Shown here piece after piece: positions 1 to 8,163 of a stretch of DNA of 32,000 nt. Every line of letters starts with the position of its first letter. The stretch's first letter is position 1. A program made the position numbers and the translations under genes. Under the pieces are notes generated by a model that saw only the letters and a program-made list of their open reading frames with translations, searched no databases and was not told the origin of the DNA. Source of the stretch: Pyrodictium occultum. GTDB lineage: Archaea; Thermoproteota; Thermoprotei_A; Sulfolobales; Pyrodictiaceae. Location of the stretch: assembly GCF_001462395.1 (NCBI RefSeq), contig NZ_LNTB01000001.1, forward strand, positions 330,001 to 362,000, written 5' to 3'.

Positions 1-70
1 ACGTGAAGGCTCATGGTGCCTGGCTGCCGCCGGCGGGCACGGGCCATCTATGGGACCCGGTGAAGGGTGA

Positions 71-1222
71 ATGGGTGGCGACCTGGCCGCCGGTGTTCGT
101 GGTAAGGTAGCGGGGGGCGCCGAGGAGGGCGGGGAGCCCCTGGTATCCATCGTAGTCCCCACGTACAATGAGCGGGAAAACATACCCAGGCTCCTAGATG
201 AGCTGGACCGGGTGCTGGGGGGCCGGGGTATAAGCTACGAGGTAGTCGTGGTTGATGACGACAGCCCGGACGGGACCTGGAGGGCCGCCGAGGAGTACGC
301 GAGGCGCCGCGGGCTCCCGGTCAGGGTTGTCCGGAGGGTCGGGGAGCGGGGGCTCGGGAGCGCTATAGCCAGGGGCCTCAGGGAGGCCCGGGGCCGCTAC
401 ATAGTGGTCATGGACGCGGATCTCCAGCACCCGCCGGAGGCTGTGCCGAGGCTCCTCGAGGAGGCGCTGAGGAGCGGGGCCGACCTGGTGGTCGCCTCCC
501 GCTACACCCGCGGCGGGGGCGTGGAGGGGTGGAGCAGGCTCCGGCTCCTCATCTCCCGCGTCGCCTGCTTCCTAGCCCACCTCCTCCTCCCCGAGTCCCG
601 GGCGACGAGCGACCCGATGAGCGGCTTCTTCCTCGTCTCCCGGAGGCTCGCCGGGAGGGTGCCCGAGAGGCCTAGGAGCTGGAAGGTGCTACTCGACCTC
701 CTCGTGGCGGCGGAGGGGAGGGTGTCGGAGGTCCCCTACGTCTTCCGCCGCCGCGCCGCGGGCGAGAGCAAGCTCGGTCTGAGGGAGATGGCCGGCTACG
801 TGCTCCACCTGCTTAGGCTCTCCGGCTACCGGCCCCTCAGGTTCGCGGCCGTGGGGGCCTCGGGGACCCTGGTCAACCTCGGGGTCCTGGGCCTCCTCCA
901 CGGCCGGCTCGGGCTCCCCCTGCCCCCCAGCCTCCTGGCCGCCTACGAGGCCTCGCTGACCTGGAACTACGTGCTCCACGACTCCTGGACCTTCAGGGGC
1001 CAGAGGCCCCCGGGGAGGCTCAGCTGGCTCCGCCACTGGGTGCGCTACCACGCCGCCGCGGCGGCCGGGATGGCCTCCTACCTGGCTGTTGGCGAGGCTC
1101 TCGCCAGGCTCGGGGTCCACTACCTGCTGGCGGCCTTCCTCGGGATACTGGCGGGGTTCGCAGCCAACTTCACCATATCCTCGCTCCGGGTCTGGACAGG
1201 GCCACGCCGGGCGGAAGCCTAA
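71..1222 (+). CDS. Family-2 glycosyltransferase (Dpm1-like dolichyl/polyprenyl-phosphate hexosyltransferase) fused to a GtrA-like membrane domain
   Basis: 383-aa ORF. VSIVVPTYNERENI, VVVVDDDSPDGT and VMDADLQHPPE are classic GT-A/GT2 motifs. The C-terminal ~130 aa is hydrophobic (RFAAVGASGTLVNLGVLGLL...) like GtrA-family helices. Confidence 0.8.
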   Translation: MGGDLAAGVRGKVAGGAEEGGEPLVSIVVPTYNERENIPRLLDELDRVLGGRGISYEVVVVDDDSPDGTWRAAEEYARRRGLPVRVVRRVGERGLGSAIARGLREARGRYIVVMDADLQHPPEAVPRLLEEALRSGADLVVASRYTRGGGVEGWSRLRLLISRVACFLAHLLLPESRATSDPMSGFFLVSRRLAGRVPERPRSWKVLLDLLVAAEGRVSEVPYVFRRRAAGESKLGLREMAGYVLHLLRLSGYRPLRFAAVGASGTLVNLGVLGLLHGRLGLPLPPSLLAAYEASLTWNYVLHDSWTFRGQRPPGRLSWLRHWVRYHAAAAAGMASYLAVGEALARLGVHYLLAAFLGILAGFAANFTISSLRVWTGPRRAEA

Positions 1223-1261
1223 TGGCCGCCTCGGGGCCTGCCGGGCCCCGGCGCAGGTGTC

Positions 1262-2245
1262 TTGGAGGGGGCCGGCGTCCACCAGGTGGAGGTGCCCATC
1301 CCGATCCCCTCCCTGAGGAGCGTTAACGTCTACCTCGTCGCCGGCGACGGGGGCGAGCCCTGGCTGGTAGACGCGGGGATGTACACCGCCGAGGCGGCCA
1401 GGGGCCTGCTCCACGGCCTCCGGGAGGCCGGCGTGAGCCCCTGCAGCATAGCCGGCATAGTTGTTACCCACTTCCACGTGGATCACGCCACGCTGGCGCC
1501 CCTCCTGGCCGAGCTGGGCTAGCCCAGCCTCTACATGGGGCGCCGCGACCTCGAGGTGGTCAGGGAGGGTGTGGACTCGTTCATGGAGCGGGTGCTGGAG
1601 CTCTACGCGTGGAGCGGGGCCCCCAGGGAGGAGGTGGAGGGGATGAAGCACTACCACCCGGCCTCCAGGATGCTCGAGGCCTACCGCCGCGCCGCCGAGC
1701 TGGACTGGAGGCCCCTGAGCGGGGGCAGCGTGCTCAACGCCTCGGGGCTAGAGCTGCGCGTCGTGGAGGCGCCGGGGCACACGCCGGGCCACATAGTCCT
1801 CGTGGCGGACGGCCTAGTCTTCACCGGGGACACCGTGCTCCCGGGGATAACGCCCCACGTGACGCTCCACAGCCTGGACGAGGACCCGCTCGGCAGCTAC
1901 CTGGAGACGCTCAGGAGGATAGAGGAGCTGGGCCCGCTAACCGGGCTCCCCGGCCACCGGGGGGTGATCCGCGACACGGCGGCCAGGGCCAGGGAGATAC
2001 GGGCTCACCACGAGCAGAGGCTGCGGGAGGTCCTCGACCTCCTCAGGCGCCACGGGCCCCTCACCGGCTACGAGGCAGCGAGGATGATGCGGTGGAGGAC
2101 TGGGTACAGCAGCTGGAGCGAGTACCCGGTCCCCGAGAGGTTCTTCGCACTGGGGGAGGCGCTGGCCCACCTTAGGCACCTGGAGGAGCGGGGGCTCGCC
2201 GAGAGGGTGGAGAGGGGCGGGCTGCTCGCCTGGCGCGCCGCCTAG
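1262..2245 (+). pseudogene. MBL-fold metallo-hydrolase interrupted by an in-frame TAG at 1520-1522
   Basis: ORFs 1262-1522 and 1535-2245 are in the same frame and separated only by TAG. The upstream piece carries THFHVDH (HxHxDH). The downstream piece carries APGHTPGH and TGDTV. The junction reads ELG*PSLYMG, which is continuous MBL-fold sequence. Confidence 0.75.
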
Positions 2246-2736
2246 CCCCCGCCGCCCGCGCCGCCGGCGTCCAGGCCGGAGAGCAGGTCTAGGAGCATCA
2301 GGGCCTCGGCCGCTGAGAGCAGGCCCAGCATCGGGAGGAGGGGCGCGATGGCCAGCAGCTCCTCCTCAGGGAGCCCGGCGTCCGCCGGGGCCTCCAGGCG
2401 CCGGGCTTCCTGGCGGGCGAGCCTGGCCTCGACGAGCCTCTTGGCCGCCTGGGCGGCGTGCTCCATGAGCCTCATCGCCTCGGGGACCGCGTCGAGCCCC
2501 CTACGGGTCAGGCGGAGCCTCCTCCTCTTGAATATGAGCCCGGACCTGTACTCCTCCAGCATGCCCATGGCCTCGAGCTCCCCTACTATATCCTCCACAG
2601 TCTCCCGCGGGAGCCGCAGAGCCCTCGCTAGCTCCTCAACCCTGTCAACGCCGCGGTAGACCGCTAGCAGCACCGCCGCCTGGCTGGGCGTCAGGCCCCC
2701 GCCGGTGTCCGCGGCGCCCATCTCCCCACCAGCCAT
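2242..2736 (-). CDS. Winged-helix (MarR/TrmB-like) transcriptional regulator with a hydrophobic Leu-rich C-terminus
   Basis: 164-aa ORF. LTPSQAAVLLAVYRGVDRVEELARALRLPRETVEDIVGELEAMGMLE looks like a wHTH, followed by a charged helix and then LLAIAPLLPMLGLLSAAEALMLLDLL. Its stop shares a CTAG tetranucleotide with the convergent MBL gene. Confidence 0.55.
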   Translation of the reverse strand: MAGGEMGAADTGGGLTPSQAAVLLAVYRGVDRVEELARALRLPRETVEDIVGELEAMGMLEEYRSGLIFKRRRLRLTRRGLDAVPEAMRLMEHAAQAAKRLVEARLARQEARRLEAPADAGLPEEELLAIAPLLPMLGLLSAAEALMLLDLLSGLDAGGAGGGG

Positions 2737-2801
2737 TCCGGCTAGATCCCTCCCTCATCTACACCGGCCGCGCGTGAATTAGCATTACCCCGCGGGGAGG
2801 G

Positions 2802-2822
2802 GCCCCGGGTTTATCCCGGGGC
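2802..2822. promoter_or_regulatory. Perfect 8-bp inverted repeat (GCCCCGGG-TTTAT-CCCGGGGC) in a divergent intergenic region
   Basis: Read directly: 2802-2809 is the reverse complement of 2815-2822, with an AT-rich 5-nt centre. It lies between the wHTH regulator start (2736) and the small ORF start (2864). Confidence 0.35.
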
Positions 2823-2863
2823 TGTCGCCCCCTGCCCGGGGCTCCCGAGGGTGCCGTCTGGGC

Positions 2864-3112
2864 GTGGTGTACCGCAGGGCTGTCGAGGAGGCCTACTCGA
2901 TCGTACGGGCTGTAGAGGTGGCCTGCGGCTCCACGGCTGAGATGGAGGAGGCTCTCGAGATACTGGAGGAGCTCGTCTCGGGCGCCGCCGGCCTTGATGA
3001 GGCCGCCTACGCTGCAGAGCTTCTCCGCGAGGCTGCCGACGTGCTGCGGGCCCGCGGCTGCCTGGACTGGCACCTCCTGGGCCAGGCCGCCGACATCCTG
3101 GAGCACGCGTAG
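2864..3112 (+). CDS. Small hypothetical helical protein (82 aa)
   Basis: The ORF has the local coding codon style (GAG/CTC/GCC third positions) and a GTG start. I recognise no motif. Confidence 0.4.
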   Translation: MVYRRAVEEAYSIVRAVEVACGSTAEMEEALEILEELVSGAAGLDEAAYAAELLREAADVLRARGCLDWHLLGQAADILEHA

Positions 3113-3197
3113 CAGGGGTCGGCTAACCGCGGCCGCCTCACCGCCTCCCCGGGGCTCGGCTGGGGCCGGGGAGCCGGCCTGCTCGCCATCCCCCGGG

Positions 3198-3971
3198 CTA
3201 GACCTCCACCTCTGCCAGGAGGTCCTCGAGGAGGGCGAGCTCGGGGAACTCGAGGACGCCCAGCTCCTCTGCGAGCACGTAGGGCTTAACCTCCCCCAGG
3301 GGCACCTCCTCGCGGAGGATGGGTGAGAGGTAGGTGTCGGGGCTGAGGGAGACTGTTGTGCCGGTCTGGTACTGGCCCACCGCGGGGAGCACCACTAGCC
3401 TCGCCCTGAGGGGCGGGTAGGGGGCTACGAGGAAGGCGGGGAGCTTCGCCACGTAGCCCAGCTTGTCTCGGAGCCTCAGGCTGGGGTGCTCGTGGCCCAT
3501 GATGACCGCCTCCACGGGGCCGGGGTAGCCTCCCTGCGGCTTCCGGTGCCCATGTATCACCAGGATGCCCCTCTCGTAGAGCTCCTGGACCAGCTCGACC
3601 CCGTAGTCCCTCGCCACCAGGGGGAGGTAGTTGTCGTGGTTCCCCCGCACGATGGTCACCCTCACGCCCCTCTCCCTCGTCAGGTACTGGAAGACCCTGG
3701 AGAGCTCCTCGCGCTCGCTCCTCAGCAGCCTGGAGAAGCTGTGCTTCACGTCACCGGCGAATATTACCCAGTCGGCGCCGGTGGAGTCGAGGCCCTCGCG
3801 GAGCACCTCGAGGGTGCGGAGCAGCTGTATCCTGGGCACGTAGAGGCCCTGCTTGGCCGCCTCCTCCTCGAAGCCCAGGTGGGTGTCGGCGAGCACAAGC
3901 GCGTTGAGCCTCCTCACATACACCGCTGGCAGGTCGCCGACGGTCTCTATCCCCGGCAGCAGCTCGATCAA
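3198..3971 (-). CDS. Metallophosphoesterase (archaeal ICC-like, SbcD/Mre11-related phosphoesterase family)
   Basis: LVLADTHLG, FAGDVKH, RGNHDNY and GHEHP match calcineurin-like phosphoesterase motifs. The track start is TTG. Confidence 0.8.
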   Translation of the reverse strand: MIELLPGIETVGDLPAVYVRRLNALVLADTHLGFEEEAAKQGLYVPRIQLLRTLEVLREGLDSTGADWVIFAGDVKHSFSRLLRSEREELSRVFQYLTRERGVRVTIVRGNHDNYLPLVARDYGVELVQELYERGILVIHGHRKPQGGYPGPVEAVIMGHEHPSLRLRDKLGYVAKLPAFLVAPYPPLRARLVVLPAVGQYQTGTTVSLSPDTYLSPILREEVPLGEVKPYVLAEELGVLEFPELALLEDLLAEVEV

Positions 3972-4118
3972 GGCTCCGCAGGCCCTGGCTCCAGGAGCGG
4001 TAATACTGCGAGCTATAACGCTCGCGTAGCCCCCGCCGCGGCAGGTGTGGGCCGCGGGGGAAGCCTCCGCCCATCGCCCGGGGCCTGGCCCCCCGGGGCC
4101 TAGCGGAGGAGCGGGGGC

Positions 4119-4862
4119 GTGCCCGCGGCCCCGAGGGACCGGGACCCCCGGGCCCCGGGGATAGGTGTAGCCTCGTTGGCCGGGAGGGGGCTCCGAAGGC
4201 GCCCCGTCATCCCCGGTGAGGCCTCAATTACGCTCCTCCTGGGCGCCCCTGGGTGGAGGGAGGCCTTGCCGGCCGTGGGGCCGAGCGCCCGTCTCCTCGA
4301 GCTGCTCGAGCGGGTTGAGGAGGAGTCCGCCAGGGCCGGGATACCCTCCATCGAGAGGGAGGACGGCTCCGCCCTCTACGCTGTGGCGTACCTCTACACC
4401 CTCGGCAGGGGCGGGGAAGGGGTGGCCGCGGCCGACCTGGGGGCCGGGATAGGCTACTCCACCCTGTGGCTCGCCGGGGGCGTCGAGGCAGCCTGCACCA
4501 GGGGCTGCCGGGTCGTAGCCGTGGAGGCTGACCCCTGGAGGTCCCGGAGGCTCCGCGAGGTGCTGGGGGAGGCGGGGCTGGAGAGGACGAGGCTGGAGGC
4601 GGTCCAGGGCGACGCCCTAAGCTACCTGGAGAGGCTGGGCCCGGGGAGCCTCGACATAGTGTTCGTCGACGTGGATAAGCACGAGTACGCCAGGGTGCTC
4701 GAGCTGCTCGAGTCCAGGCTGAGGCCTGGAGGGGTCGCCGTGTTCCACAACGCCTACTTCCCGAGGCCGCCCGGGTCCTTCTTCGAGGCGGTGGAGAGGG
4801 GGCCGTGGAGGAGCACCGTGGTGCCCACGAGGCTGGGGCTCCTGGTGGCGGTCAGGGCCTAG
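4119..4862 (+). CDS. Class I SAM-dependent O-methyltransferase (family 3-like); start uncertain
   Basis: Motifs DLGAGIGYSTLWLA, VVAVEADP, DIVFVDVDKHEY and LRPGGVAVFHN. The first ~50 codons are Arg/Pro-rich and probably untranslated. In-frame TTG 4266 or GTG 4275 are alternative starts. Confidence 0.7.
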   Translation: MPAAPRDRDPRAPGIGVASLAGRGLRRRPVIPGEASITLLLGAPGWREALPAVGPSARLLELLERVEEESARAGIPSIEREDGSALYAVAYLYTLGRGGEGVAAADLGAGIGYSTLWLAGGVEAACTRGCRVVAVEADPWRSRRLREVLGEAGLERTRLEAVQGDALSYLERLGPGSLDIVFVDVDKHEYARVLELLESRLRPGGVAVFHNAYFPRPPGSFFEAVERGPWRSTVVPTRLGLLVAVRA

Positions 4863-5848
4863 ACGGGCCTGGCTATGAATATCCCGTCCCGGTCCCTGGT
4901 TATCCTGGCTAGCGCCACGTCGCCGGGCTCGAGGCCGCGGACGCCGACGAGGGTCACGAGCCTCTTCATGTCCAGTGTCGCTGCGAGCAGCTCGCCGCGG
5001 AGCCAGCCCGGGCCGACTACCTGCAGCTTGGCCACCTGGCCCCTCCGGAGCGGGTGGCGTACCCGGGGCGCGGGCCTCATGCCCCACTCCTCCATGCTCC
5101 ATGTGAGCCTCCTGCCGGTCCTCCTCTCCAGCTCGCGGAGCCAGCTCCAGTACTCCTCCCAGCTGGGCTCCTGGACCCCGGGCGGGCGGCGGCCGTGCCG
5201 GTGGGCGATGTACTTCTGAACCGTGACTGGGGGCCAGCGCTTTCCAGCCCCGATCCTGTAGGCCCACTCCACGATCTCCACGACGTCCTCGTCGTTGACG
5301 CCTGGGAGCCAGACGGGGGTCACGTGGAGGTCTATGCTGGTCTCCCTCGCAATGTACTCCGCCATCCTCTTAACCCGCTCCACGTCGTACCAGGGGGTCG
5401 CGGCTAGCCGGCGGGCCTTCTCGGGGTCGAGCGTCTCTATGCTGAGGTTTATCCTGTCGAGCCCCGCCTCCTCCAGCCGGTCCACCAGCTCCCTGGTGAG
5501 GGTCTCCCCGTGGGTCTCCGCGGCAACGCTGGCCACGAGGGGGATGGACTTGAGGAGGCGCACCAGCCGGGGGAGCCAGGGGTAGGAGAGGGGCTCGCCA
5601 ACCCCGTCTATCAGGGCCTCGACCGCCACGCCCTTCTCGGCGGCAGCCCTCCCCACCCAGTGGGCCAGCCAGCCCGGCTCAACCAGGTACTCGGCCTGTC
5701 TCCACCTGCTCCCCGGGCCCGCGTCGACGCTGCAGAATATGCAGGAGAGGGGGCACACCGTGGTGGGCCTCACCTGGAGCACGTTGGTGCCCCTGTCTAT
5801 GACCCCGAACTGTATGACCCCCATTAGCGGCAGCGGCTCCTCCACCAT
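4859..5848 (-). CDS. Radical SAM protein (uncharacterised archaeal Fe-S oxidoreductase type)
   Basis: CPLSCIFCSV is a CxxxCxxC cluster motif. I chose ATG 5848 (MVEEPL...) because the upstream 59 codons of the 388-aa track ORF are Ala/Gly/Arg-rich and overlap the upstream gene. Confidence 0.8.
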   Translation of the reverse strand: MVEEPLPLMGVIQFGVIDRGTNVLQVRPTTVCPLSCIFCSVDAGPGSRWRQAEYLVEPGWLAHWVGRAAAEKGVAVEALIDGVGEPLSYPWLPRLVRLLKSIPLVASVAAETHGETLTRELVDRLEEAGLDRINLSIETLDPEKARRLAATPWYDVERVKRMAEYIARETSIDLHVTPVWLPGVNDEDVVEIVEWAYRIGAGKRWPPVTVQKYIAHRHGRRPPGVQEPSWEEYWSWLRELERRTGRRLTWSMEEWGMRPAPRVRHPLRRGQVAKLQVVGPGWLRGELLAATLDMKRLVTLVGVRGLEPGDVALARITRDRDGIFIARPV

Positions 5849-5907
5849 GTAGACCCCGCGGCGGCCCCAGGAGGCGGTTCTCCTGAGCCCGAGCCTGGCC
5901 CTGGCCC

Positions 5908-6513
5908 TCAAGCCCTGCCAGCCCCGCGGCGGGGCCTGCATCCGGGCGGGGGGCTCCTCCTGCAGCCCGCGAGAGCCTCCAGCTCTGGGAGCCGCTCCCG
6001 CAGCCGCTCCCCCTGCCTGGTCCACCGGGTGTCGCTGAGCCCTATCACGTAGACGTGCACCGTGCGGAGTATGTCGCCCTCGTCGCGGAGCCTGCGCGTG
6101 TAGAGCGGCACCCAGCCGGGCACCGGGAAGTCTACCGTGACCACCCGGGCGCCGGGCCCCAGCTCCTCCTCGAGCTTGGGGCGGAGCCTCTCGTTTATAC
6201 TCTTGTAGAGGTAGAGGTAGACCAGGGTGGCGCCCCGCAGGCTAGTCTCGAAGAAGTCCCCCTCTATTATCTCCACCCTGTCCGCAACCCCGTCCATCCT
6301 GGCCTTGGCCCTCGAGACCTCCACCAGGACGGGGTCTATCTCGACCCCGACGGCCCTGGCCACGCAGAAGTCTCGGGCGGCTATCACCACTGCACGGCCG
6401 TCCCCCGAGCCCAGGTCGTAGACGGTGTCGCATGGCCCGGCCCAGGCGGCCTCGAGGGCAGCGTAGACTACGCTGACCGGCGCCGGTATCCAGGGCGCAG
6501 CCGCACCACCCAA
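5908..6513 (-). CDS. Small class I SAM-dependent methyltransferase
   Basis: VYDLGSGDGRAVVIAA (motif I), VGVEIDP (motif II) and IEGDFF. It lies immediately upstream of the radical SAM gene on the same strand. Confidence 0.7.
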   Translation of the reverse strand: MGGAAAPWIPAPVSVVYAALEAAWAGPCDTVYDLGSGDGRAVVIAARDFCVARAVGVEIDPVLVEVSRAKARMDGVADRVEIIEGDFFETSLRGATLVYLYLYKSINERLRPKLEEELGPGARVVTVDFPVPGWVPLYTRRLRDEGDILRTVHVYVIGLSDTRWTRQGERLRERLPELEALAGCRRSPPPGCRPRRGAGRA

Positions 6514-6606
6514 CGACTCCCCCGCCCCCTCACCGGGCCCGGGGGCCGGGAGGGATAAACACCCGGAGCAAGCCGGGGGCTAGCCGCCTGGAGGAGCGGC
6601 TGCGGG

Positions 6607-7425
6607 ATGCCCTCGGGAGGCTCGATGGAGGAAGGGGGACACGGGATACCGAGGAGCCACCCCAGGTACTGGAGCCTGGTGCTCCGCGAGAGGCTCGTGG
6701 AGGCCATGCGGGAGGGCATAGTAGTGCCCCAGGGCCTCATAGCCCATGGGAGGGGCGAGTGCTTCGACTACCTGATAGGCGAGGAGACCCAGTGGTTCGC
6801 CCGGGAGGCGGCCCGGGCCGCGGCCGCGCTGCTCCTCCTCGCGGAGCACCCCGTGATATCGGTGAACGGTAACGCCGCCGCCCTTGCCGCGGATGAGCTG
6901 GTGAGGCTATCGAAGCTCCTCGACGCGCCGCTGGAGGTGAACCTGTTCTACCGGACGGAAGAGAGGGTCCGGAGGATAGCGGAGCTCCTCCGCCGCAAGG
7001 GAGCCCGCCGCGTCCTCGGCGTGGAGGATGCAACCGCTCGTATACCGGGGCTCCCCCACCCCAGGGGCATGGTAAGCCCCGAGGGGATCCTCAGGGCAGA
7101 CGTAGTGCTCGTGGCGCTGGAGGACGGAGACCGGGCCGAGGCGCTCCGGAGGATGGGGAAGCGCGTGATAGCGATAGACCTTAACCCGCTGAGCCGCACC
7201 GCGAGGATGGCGGACGTGACGATAGTGGATAACATCGTGCGCGCCGTCCCCCTCATAGCAGGGGAGATCGAGAAGCTGCGAGGGAGACCCAGGAGTGAGC
7301 TGGGGGAGATCGTCCAGGGCTACGACAACAACAGGGTGCTGGCGGGGGCGCTGCTCCACATAAGAGAGCGGCTGGAGAAGCTAGCCCGGGAGGGCGTCGC
7401 GCTCAACCCGCTCGGGGAGGGCTAG
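6607..7425 (+). CDS. Archaeal phosphopantothenate synthetase (4-phosphopantoate--beta-alanine ligase)
   Basis: IPRSHPRYWSL, GLIAHGRGECFDYLIGEET, VISVNGNAAAL, LEVNLFYRTEERV, LEDGDRAEAL, IAIDLNPLSRTARMADVTIVDNIVRA. This closely matches my memory of the Thermococcus enzyme family (COG1701 type). Confidence 0.85.
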   Translation: MPSGGSMEEGGHGIPRSHPRYWSLVLRERLVEAMREGIVVPQGLIAHGRGECFDYLIGEETQWFAREAARAAAALLLLAEHPVISVNGNAAALAADELVRLSKLLDAPLEVNLFYRTEERVRRIAELLRRKGARRVLGVEDATARIPGLPHPRGMVSPEGILRADVVLVALEDGDRAEALRRMGKRVIAIDLNPLSRTARMADVTIVDNIVRAVPLIAGEIEKLRGRPRSELGEIVQGYDNNRVLAGALLHIRERLEKLAREGVALNPLGEG

Positions 7426-8163
7426 TCTGCCGCGCTCCCGGTAGACGCGGCTCAGCGCCTCGTAGACGATGGCCAGCCGCTCCGCCCGGGGGGCGTCGCG
7501 CAGCTCCACCTCGGCCTCGACCCTCGCCGGGGGCTGGGTGAGCACGTAGACCCGGTCAGCATAGTAGGCTACCTCGTCCAGTATATGGTCCACTATCACG
7601 ACTGTCTTGCCGTGCCGGTGGGCTATAGCATCGACGGCCTCCAGCAGGCTGCGCCGCGACTCCACGTCGAGCCCAGCCAGGGGCTCGTCGAGGAGGAGTA
7701 TATCCGGGTCCAGGACGAGCATCCTGGCCACCGCCGCCTTCCTGGCCGTGCCGCCGCTCACCTCCCCGGGGTACTTGTCGAGGTGCTCCTCTATCCCAAG
7801 GAGCCTGGCCGCCCAGGCAATCCTCTCCTCCACCACCCGGCGCGGGGCGCCCCGGTAGCGCAGCCCCAGGGCTATGTTGTCGCGGAGCCTCTTCCAGGGG
7901 AGGAGGAGGTTCTCTTGAAACACCAGCAGCGCCCTCCCCCTCACCACCACCCTGCCCTTGTCGGGCCTCTCGAGCCCAGCTATTATGCGGAGGAGCGTCG
8001 TCTTCCCCGAGCCGTTGGGGCCCACTATCCCGACGATCTCCGAGCCGCGAGCCTCCACGCTGACCCCTGCCAGCACGGGGCGGCCGTTGTAGCTCTTCCA
8101 TACCTCCCGGGCCTCGACCCTCGCTACTGCTGCCTCGGCAGCGCCGCCCATCTCCGGGCCCAC
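7381..8163 (-). CDS. ABC transporter ATP-binding protein (nitrate/sulfonate/taurine SsuB/TauB-like)
   Basis: Walker A GPNGSGKTT, signature VSGGTARK, Walker B LLLDEPLAGLD, H-loop VIVDHIL. The 3' end overlaps the convergent phosphopantothenate synthetase gene by 45 nt. Confidence 0.85.
   Translation of the reverse strand: MGPEMGGAAEAAVARVEAREVWKSYNGRPVLAGVSVEARGSEIVGIVGPNGSGKTTLLRIIAGLERPDKGRVVVRGRALLVFQENLLLPWKRLRDNIALGLRYRGAPRRVVEERIAWAARLLGIEEHLDKYPGEVSGGTARKAAVARMLVLDPDILLLDEPLAGLDVESRRSLLEAVDAIAHRHGKTVVIVDHILDEVAYYADRVYVLTQPPARVEAEVELRDAPRAERLAIVYEALSRVYRERGRLALPERVERDALPG

Noticed and set aside
1520-1522. TAG decoded as pyrrolysine or otherwise reassigned.
   Set aside because: TAG is the predominant bona fide stop codon of the genes in this window, so it is not reassigned. 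Pyrrolysine machinery is known from methanogens and a few bacteria, not Thermoprotei, and no pyl genes are present here.
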